From Chitinophagaceae bacterium (lineage in GTDB: Bacteria; Bacteroidota; Bacteroidia; Chitinophagales; Chitinophagaceae): a stretch of 64,000 nucleotides of DNA. The notes beneath the pieces are model-generated. The model was not told where the DNA came from. It did not search any database and was given only the letters and a program-made list of their open reading frames with translations. This document shows, in pieces, positions 58,165 through 64,000 of this stretch. Position numbers and translations under genes: made by a program. Each line of letters opens with the position of its first letter. Position 1 is the first letter of the stretch. Location: positions 3,047-67,046 of the forward strand of contig JAEUVS010000006.1 of NCBI GenBank assembly GCA_016786745.1, read 5' to 3'.

Positions 58165-59727
58165 ATGAGCGCAATATTTAATTATGGCAGCGGCCATCTT
58201 ACCTCTTCCACCGCTCTCGCTATCGCCAATGGAACCACGCGTGGCGTACTGTCGCCGGAAACGGTCGCGGCCGTCAACCAAAACCAGCAGCATGTAAGAG
58301 ATATCGTTTCATCGGGGCGGACAGTGTACGGCGTAAACACAGGTTTTGGCGCACTTGCCACTACCATTATTTCTGAAGACGATACCCGCCTTCTTCAATA
58401 TAAAATTCTCCAGAGTCATAGTGTTGGTGTGGGCGAACCGGTTTCGCAGGAACTTGCCAAACTAATGCTCATCACGAAAGTTCATTCACTTGCGCAGGGC
58501 TATTCCGGTATTCAGCTGTCGACACTCGAGCGGATCACCTGGCATATTGTAAACAATGTAATACCTGTTGTTCCTGAAAAAGGTTCGGTGGGCGCCTCCG
58601 GCGATCTCGCGCCACTGGCACACCTGTTCCTTCCGCTGGTTGGACTCGGAGAAGTATATTACAGGGGAGAGCGTATGCACGCCGCAAAGATGTTTCAGAA
58701 AGAGAATCTTCAACCGCTTTCGCTTGGTCCGAAAGAAGGGCTCGCTCTTATCAACGGCACGCAGTTTATTCTTTCTTTTGCGGTGAAGGCGGTGCAGCAA
58801 CTCCATAATTGCCTTGAAGCGGCCGACATCATCGGCGCAATGAGTCTCGAGGCGCTTACTGGCACACAGGCTCCCTTCAGCGAAAAACTTCATAGTCTTA
58901 GACCTTTCGCGGGTAATAGACTGGTCGCTCAACGGCTTCGACTTATCCTGAAGGGTTCCGATATCATGCAGAGCCACATCGACTGCGGTCGCGTTCAGGA
59001 TCCTTACTCATTGCGATGCATGCCACAGGTACATGGTGCATCCCGCAATGCCTGGATGCACCTGAAAGAACTTACGGAAACGGAATTAAATTCGGTAACC
59101 GATAACCCCGTTATTTTTTCCGCCGACGATACGGTGAGTGGTGGGAACTTTCACGGACAGCCACTTGCCCTTCCGCTCGATTATGCCGCGATCGCCGCTT
59201 CTGAAGTCGGAAATATTGCCGACCGCCGGTGTTACCTGCTTTTAGAAGGAAAATGGGGATTGCCATTATTGCTGATGAATAATGTTGGCCTGAATAGCGG
59301 ATTTATGATTCCGCAATACACCACTGCGGCGTTGGTTACCGAAAATAAAACACTTTGTTTTCCGGCTAGTGCAGATAGTATTCCAACCTCATTGGGACAG
59401 GAAGATCACGTGAGCATGGGTAGTATCAGCGGAAGAAAATTAAACCGCATCATTGGGAATCTCGAAAATATTCTCGGCATCGAGTTACTTACCGCTTGCC
59501 AGGCAATTGAATTCCGTCGGCCTTTAAAGAGCAGTCCGGTCCTTGAATTTGCTCATGAATTTGTGAGGAAACATGTGTCGTTTGCGTCGGAGGACAGGAT
59601 TTTTGCTGATGATATTATGAAAACAACTTCGTTAATAGCTGGTTTTACGTTTGTGCGTGAGTGTGATAGCCTCGCTAAGGCGAATGGTGTTTTTTTAAAT
59701 GACGGATTCGACTCATTCACTTATTAA
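58165..59727 (+). CDS. hutH: histidine ammonia-lyase
   Basis: GSVGASGDLAPLAHL (MIO-forming Ala-Ser-Gly). The ATG at 58165 is used. The upstream part of the track ORF overlaps the divergent transporter gene. Confidence 0.95.
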   Translation: MSAIFNYGSGHLTSSTALAIANGTTRGVLSPETVAAVNQNQQHVRDIVSSGRTVYGVNTGFGALATTIISEDDTRLLQYKILQSHSVGVGEPVSQELAKLMLITKVHSLAQGYSGIQLSTLERITWHIVNNVIPVVPEKGSVGASGDLAPLAHLFLPLVGLGEVYYRGERMHAAKMFQKENLQPLSLGPKEGLALINGTQFILSFAVKAVQQLHNCLEAADIIGAMSLEALTGTQAPFSEKLHSLRPFAGNRLVAQRLRLILKGSDIMQSHIDCGRVQDPYSLRCMPQVHGASRNAWMHLKELTETELNSVTDNPVIFSADDTVSGGNFHGQPLALPLDYAAIAASEVGNIADRRCYLLLEGKWGLPLLLMNNVGLNSGFMIPQYTTAALVTENKTLCFPASADSIPTSLGQEDHVSMGSISGRKLNRIIGNLENILGIELLTACQAIEFRRPLKSSPVLEFAHEFVRKHVSFASEDRIFADDIMKTTSLIAGFTFVRECDSLAKANGVFLNDGFDSFTY

Positions 59728-59740
59728 AAAAACTCATCGA

Positions 59741-59763
59741 CGATTCACGATTGACGATTCACG
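59741..59763. repeat. CGATTCA/CGATTGA/CGATTCA heptamer triplet (reverse complement: CGTGAAT/CGTCAAT/CGTGAAT)
   Basis: It fills most of the 37-nt gap between the convergent hutH and phosphoglucomutase stops. Same CG-N5 x3 + CG design as 31467-31489. Confidence 0.5.
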
Positions 59764-59764
59764 T

Positions 59765-61489
59765 CTAAAGCTTCATATCAGCAATTATCCCTTTTATCCG
59801 GTCGCTGAGTTCCTTTTCTTTCTGTTCAAAATTACCCGCGCTGTCCAGCGTGGTATTCACACTGAAATAAAACTTAATCTTCGGCTCCGTACCGGAAGGA
59901 CGCGCCGATATCTTTGAGCCATCGGCAAGAATAAACTGCAACACATTCGACTTAGGAAGTTTTATCTCCCACTCCTCTCCCGTCTGCAGGTTCCTGCCCC
60001 GTTTCATATCATAGTCGAGCAATTGAACAACAGCGGAACCATTTATTTTCCGGGGAGGATTGTTGCGATACATTTCCATCATCGCAGCAATTTCTTTCTG
60101 TCCATTCATTCCCTTTTTCGTGATAGAAATAAGATGTTCCTTATAAAAACCATATTGAACATAAAGATCTATCAGTTTGTCGTACAGCAACCGGCCCTTA
60201 TCTTTTTCATAAGCGGCCATTTCACACAACACCGCTACAGCAGCAACCGCATCCTTATCACGCAATTTCGATCCCACCATCAAACCATAACTTTCTTCAC
60301 CACCAATCACATAATTTTCGCTGGCCTCTTTTTCGCGGATCAATTCCGCGATCCATTTAAAACCCGTAAGCACATTGTAGCACTTTACTCCGTTCGCGGC
60401 GGCGATTTTATCAATGAGATCGGAAGTTACAATAGTTTTCACCACCATATCGTTCGATCGCGCGATACCTTTTGCTTTCCTTGCCTCTATCATGTAGTTG
60501 AATGCAAGCACGGCCGTCTGGTTGCCATTCATCAACACCCAATTCCCGTTTTTATCTTTTACCGCGATACCAACACGGTCGGCGTCGGGATCGGTGCCAA
60601 GCAGGATGTCTGCATCAATTTCTTTTGCTTTCTTTAAACCGATTGCCATCGCTTCGCCTTCTTCGGGGTTTGGATAACCAACCGTGGGAAAATTTCCATC
60701 TGGAGTGGCCTGTTCCTCTACGATGGTCACATTTTTGAATCCGAACCTTTCGAGAGCTTTTGGAACGAGCGTAATACCGGTTCCATGTATCGGCGTATAT
60801 ACGATTTTCAAATCACTCTGCTTTTCGATGACTTCGGGATACACCGAAAGTGTTTTCAGCATCCTGATGTATTCTTCATCTATATCCCTGCCGATGATCG
60901 TGATATTATTTTCACCACCCGACCATTTTACATCATCTACAGATGCTATCTTTTCTACTTCTTTTATCACATTCTTATCGTGCGGCGGAACGAGTTGTCC
61001 GCCATCGCTCCAGTAAGCTTTGTAGCCATTATATTCTTTCGGATTGTGCGAAGCGGTAAGCACCACACCACCCTGGCAACCCAGGTACCTGATGGTGAAC
61101 GAAAGTTCGGGGGTTGGACGAAGCGCCTCAAACAGGAAAACCTTTATGCCGTTTGCGGCCATTACATTCGCGACAATCTCGGCGAACGTGCGGCTGTTGT
61201 TCCTGCTGTCGTGCGCCACGGCAACACGTACTACGCCGCCCAGATAAGTTTGCCGCAGGTAATTCGCATAGCCCTGCGTGGCCATACCAACGGTGTATTT
61301 GTTCATGCGGTTGGTACCCACGCCCATTATGCCCCTGAGTCCACCCGTACCAAATTCGAGGTTCCTGTAAAACGCGTCCGCAAGTTCGTTTGGATTCTCT
61401 TTTTCGAGTGTTTTTATAGTTTGTTTTGTGTCGTCATCGAAATTGCCATTGAGCCATACACTGTAACGTTTCCTTATTGCTTCATCCAT
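59765..61489 (-). CDS. phosphoglucomutase/phosphomannomutase family protein
   Basis: 574 aa. Phosphoserine loop TASHNPKEYNGYK, Mg loop GTDPDADR and sugar loop GGEESYG. Confidence 0.93.
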   Translation of the reverse strand: MDEAIRKRYSVWLNGNFDDDTKQTIKTLEKENPNELADAFYRNLEFGTGGLRGIMGVGTNRMNKYTVGMATQGYANYLRQTYLGGVVRVAVAHDSRNNSRTFAEIVANVMAANGIKVFLFEALRPTPELSFTIRYLGCQGGVVLTASHNPKEYNGYKAYWSDGGQLVPPHDKNVIKEVEKIASVDDVKWSGGENNITIIGRDIDEEYIRMLKTLSVYPEVIEKQSDLKIVYTPIHGTGITLVPKALERFGFKNVTIVEEQATPDGNFPTVGYPNPEEGEAMAIGLKKAKEIDADILLGTDPDADRVGIAVKDKNGNWVLMNGNQTAVLAFNYMIEARKAKGIARSNDMVVKTIVTSDLIDKIAAANGVKCYNVLTGFKWIAELIREKEASENYVIGGEESYGLMVGSKLRDKDAVAAVAVLCEMAAYEKDKGRLLYDKLIDLYVQYGFYKEHLISITKKGMNGQKEIAAMMEMYRNNPPRKINGSAVVQLLDYDMKRGRNLQTGEEWEIKLPKSNVLQFILADGSKISARPSGTEPKIKFYFSVNTTLDSAGNFEQKEKELSDRIKGIIADMKL

Positions 61490-61539
61490 AAGTTCAATCG
61501 TTTATAATAGCAATATAAATCATTTACCTTTATTGCGAG

Positions 61540-62460
61540 GTGCTAAAAAGGTTCGTCATACTGCTATCCCTTCAACCCTTTATCCTGGCCGCGTTCGCAC
61601 AGGATTCGACTTCTTCTCCAACACTAAATACCAAAAAGCTGATCATCGTAACCGGCGCGAATGCCGCGTTCTACACAGGTTCTTTTATTGCGCTTAACAA
61701 GGCGTGGTACGACGGCTACGACCGCACCGGTTTTCATTTTTTCGACGACCTGCCCGAGTGGAACCAGATGGATAAGGCCGGTCATGTTTGGACCACCTAC
61801 CATGTAAGCAGGGCATCGAAGGAGATGTGGGCATGGACAGGTTTAAACCGTAAAACGTCGGCGATACTTGGAGGTGTTAGCGGGATGGTGTACCAGAGTA
61901 TTATCGAAATCCAGGATGCGTATTCCGCCGCGTGGGGCTTCAGTTGGAGTGATGTAGGTGCGAATGTGACAGGCGCTGGTTTATTTGTGTTGCAGGAACT
62001 TGCAGGAACCGGGCAGAATGTGGTGGTGAAGATGACCTACTGGCCAAAAAAATATCCTTCTTCTTTGGTAGACAGAAGAAATGAATTGTTTGGAAAATCG
62101 CTGATGGAACGCGTGCTCAAAGATTATAACTCTCAAACTTACTGGCTGAGCGCAAATCTGAAATCATTATTTCCGGATCTCAATGTTCCCTCGTGGCTTA
62201 ACATAGCAGGAGGCTATGGCGCGGATGGTATGTATGGTGGAAGGACCAATGAATGGGTGGACAAGGAAGGTACGCGTCATGACTATACGGATATTCGCCG
62301 CTCGCGGAAGTTTTATTTTTCACCCGATATTGATCTAACCCGGATACCTGTACGAAGTAAGGTGCTTAAAAAAGTTTTTTTTGTGTTGAACGTGATAAAA
62401 GTGCCTGCGCCGGCGGTTGTTGTTGAAACCGGGAAAGGGTTGAAGTTTGGGATAAGGTGA
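61540..62460 (+). CDS. DUF2279-like periplasmic protein
   Basis: Signal peptide. WNQMDKAGHVWTTYH (DK..H motif). GTG start. Confidence 0.6.
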   Translation: MLKRFVILLSLQPFILAAFAQDSTSSPTLNTKKLIIVTGANAAFYTGSFIALNKAWYDGYDRTGFHFFDDLPEWNQMDKAGHVWTTYHVSRASKEMWAWTGLNRKTSAILGGVSGMVYQSIIEIQDAYSAAWGFSWSDVGANVTGAGLFVLQELAGTGQNVVVKMTYWPKKYPSSLVDRRNELFGKSLMERVLKDYNSQTYWLSANLKSLFPDLNVPSWLNIAGGYGADGMYGGRTNEWVDKEGTRHDYTDIRRSRKFYFSPDIDLTRIPVRSKVLKKVFFVLNVIKVPAPAVVVETGKGLKFGIR

Positions 62461-62462
62461 GG

Positions 62463-63182
62463 TTATTTTTTTACGACAGCTATTGCGTATGCCTCTAAGG
62501 AAGTATACTGGCTGGTAGCTGTTTCAACAATATTTTTGACACCATTTTTCCAATACACGATAGTTGCGTTACCCTGGTTTATGGGCAGATAGCCGGAAAT
62601 GTAAACGTCTCCATCTACTACCTTAACGTCTGTCGCAATTCCTTTTTCGAGTGTAAATTTTTGCCCGTTTTTCCAATAGACAGCGGTGTCCAGATCATTG
62701 CCGGCTATATATACGTCGGATCCGGATACCGCAAGTCCTCTCGCGTCTCCGAATACTTCTGTCAATTTTGTAAATACACCGTTTTTCCAGTAGCCTGCCC
62801 TGGCGTTGCTCGGAACGCTTATTTCCATTCCCGTGACGTACATGTCGTTGCCTGAAAAATAAATTCCGTTGGCGCTGCTGTTAGTAAGGCGATTACCAAG
62901 TTCGGTGATCACACCATTTTTCCAGTAGGCCGCTACGTTGTCGATGCCACCTGAAATATAAACGTCGTTATTTTTTACCGCAACTGCGGTACCAATGGTG
63001 TTGTATATGATGCAGCTGTTATCGAAAAGTTTTTCGCCATTTTTCCAGCATTGAACGGAGGTATTTTCGCGGCCGACAATATAAATATCCACTTCACTTG
63101 AGCCCTTCTGTGAACCATTGTCTTTCTTACAGCTTAAAAATAAAATAGAGGAAGTAAAAAGAAGAAGAAATAGATTTTTCAC
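62463..63182 (-). CDS. lipoprotein built from five ~40-aa YWKNG repeats (propeller-like)
   Basis: Lipobox ILFLSC. The block D[VM]Y[IV][ST]G ... YWKNG recurs 5 times. GTG start. Confidence 0.7.
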   Translation of the reverse strand: MKNLFLLLFTSSILFLSCKKDNGSQKGSSEVDIYIVGRENTSVQCWKNGEKLFDNSCIIYNTIGTAVAVKNNDVYISGGIDNVAAYWKNGVITELGNRLTNSSANGIYFSGNDMYVTGMEISVPSNARAGYWKNGVFTKLTEVFGDARGLAVSGSDVYIAGNDLDTAVYWKNGQKFTLEKGIATDVKVVDGDVYISGYLPINQGNATIVYWKNGVKNIVETATSQYTSLEAYAIAVVKK

Positions 63183-63249
63183 GGAATAAAGTTTAGGTCT
63201 TTGGAAATAACGATTAAAATCGAAATTTATTATGCATTAAGCGCATTTA

Positions 63250-64000
63250 CTACGCATTAATCCACGCATCGCGCTCATCAGGATTAAACTTCCACGGAGC
63301 GAAATTGTTCTCAATATTCGAATTCATCGCATTCCATTCAGGAGGCGCATTGCTCTCTTCCATAATCAACGAACGACGAAGCTCAATAATAATTTCAAGC
63401 GGGCTAATACTTACAGGGCACTCCTGCACACACGCGTTGCAGGTGGTACACGCGCGCAGCTCCTCTACAGTAATGTAGTTATGCAATAAAGTTTGAGAGT
63501 CATCTTTAAATTCGCCGTTCTTTTTAATATTCTTTCTCACATCTTCCATTCTATCACGGGTGTCCATCATGATTTTCCGCGGCGACAATGCTTTACCCGT
63601 TTGCGTGGCGGGACATGCGGCGCTGCATCGCCCGCATTCAGTGCAGCTGTACGCATCAAGCAGATTGCGCCAGCTGAGATCAAAAATATCTTTTGCGCCG
63701 AATTTGTCCGGTGGCGTTGTATCCGCAGGCGCGAGCTCCGGCTGCATAGCATACAGCACTTCGTTTTGCACCGAAGGCATGTTCCTGATTTCCCCTTTGG
63801 GATACAACCGAGTGTAATATGCATTCGGAAACGCGAGAACGATATGCAGGTGCTTTGAATATGGCAAATAATTGAGGAAGACGAATATGCCCACAATATG
63901 TAACCACCAGGTGGTGCGCTCCAATGTAACCAGCGCATCATCGCTCATACCTGCGAATAACGGATGCAACCACGATGACACGGCGAAGTTTCCCGTAATG
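63250..64000 (-). CDS. membrane-anchored 2x[4Fe-4S] (Fe-S)-binding protein, partial (N-terminus beyond the right edge)
   Basis: CTECGRCSAACP and CTTCNACVQECP ferredoxin motifs, preceded by a TM helix. The frame is still open at position 64000. Confidence 0.85.
   Translation of the reverse strand, partial: ITGNFAVSSWLHPLFAGMSDDALVTLERTTWWLHIVGIFVFLNYLPYSKHLHIVLAFPNAYYTRLYPKGEIRNMPSVQNEVLYAMQPELAPADTTPPDKFGAKDIFDLSWRNLLDAYSCTECGRCSAACPATQTGKALSPRKIMMDTRDRMEDVRKNIKKNGEFKDDSQTLLHNYITVEELRACTTCNACVQECPVSISPLEIIIELRRSLIMEESNAPPEWNAMNSNIENNFAPWKFNPDERDAWINA

Noticed and set aside
1-64000. Mobile elements, prophage, integrase or transposase genes, tRNA/rRNA genes and toxin-antitoxin or defence cassettes.
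   Set aside because: None recognised in any frame. No tRNA-like T-loop (GGTTCGAATCC-type) sequences were seen. The window reads as core chromosome with a few accessory genes.

Overview
This window looks like a chromosomal, mostly housekeeping segment of a Bacteroidota genome, probably Chitinophagaceae/Sphingobacteriia-like. The cues are a T9SS C-terminal sorting domain, the rpmB-rpmG-DUF4295-ftsY block, the DUF1599/folP pair, BshC and a TAnnTTTG promoter box. About 60 protein genes are supported. They include gyrA, ribH, pdhA, recF, folP, ndk, purE, rimO, ftsY and ppk1-ppx-panB. There is a split histidine-utilisation set: hutG-hutI-hutU, with hutH 12.5 kb away. There is also a 1620-aa T9SS-secreted esterase/FN3 multidomain protein. 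An outer-membrane beta-barrel receptor lies divergent from a LytS/LytTR two-component system, which is followed by a tightly spaced RPH-like PEP-utilising enzyme, pirin and thioesterase. I saw no rRNA, tRNA, CRISPR array, transposase or integrase. I did not find a convincing new multi-gene system. The most unusual content is non-coding or sub-genic: (1) a dispersed REP-like palindromic element family at 5 loci, one tandemly amplified; (2) a homopurine/homopyrimidine hairpin element at 2 loci sharing an exact 19-mer; (3) CGTGANN heptamer triplets at gene 3' ends; (4) a 33-bp coding tandem array whose copies differ only synonymously; (5) a repeat-rich control region between the receptor and the LytTR system; (6) an orphan intrinsic terminator suggesting a small RNA next to hutU; (7) a decayed GT2 glycosyltransferase relic inside the hut cluster. 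All family assignments come from reading translated motifs by eye. No database search was run.
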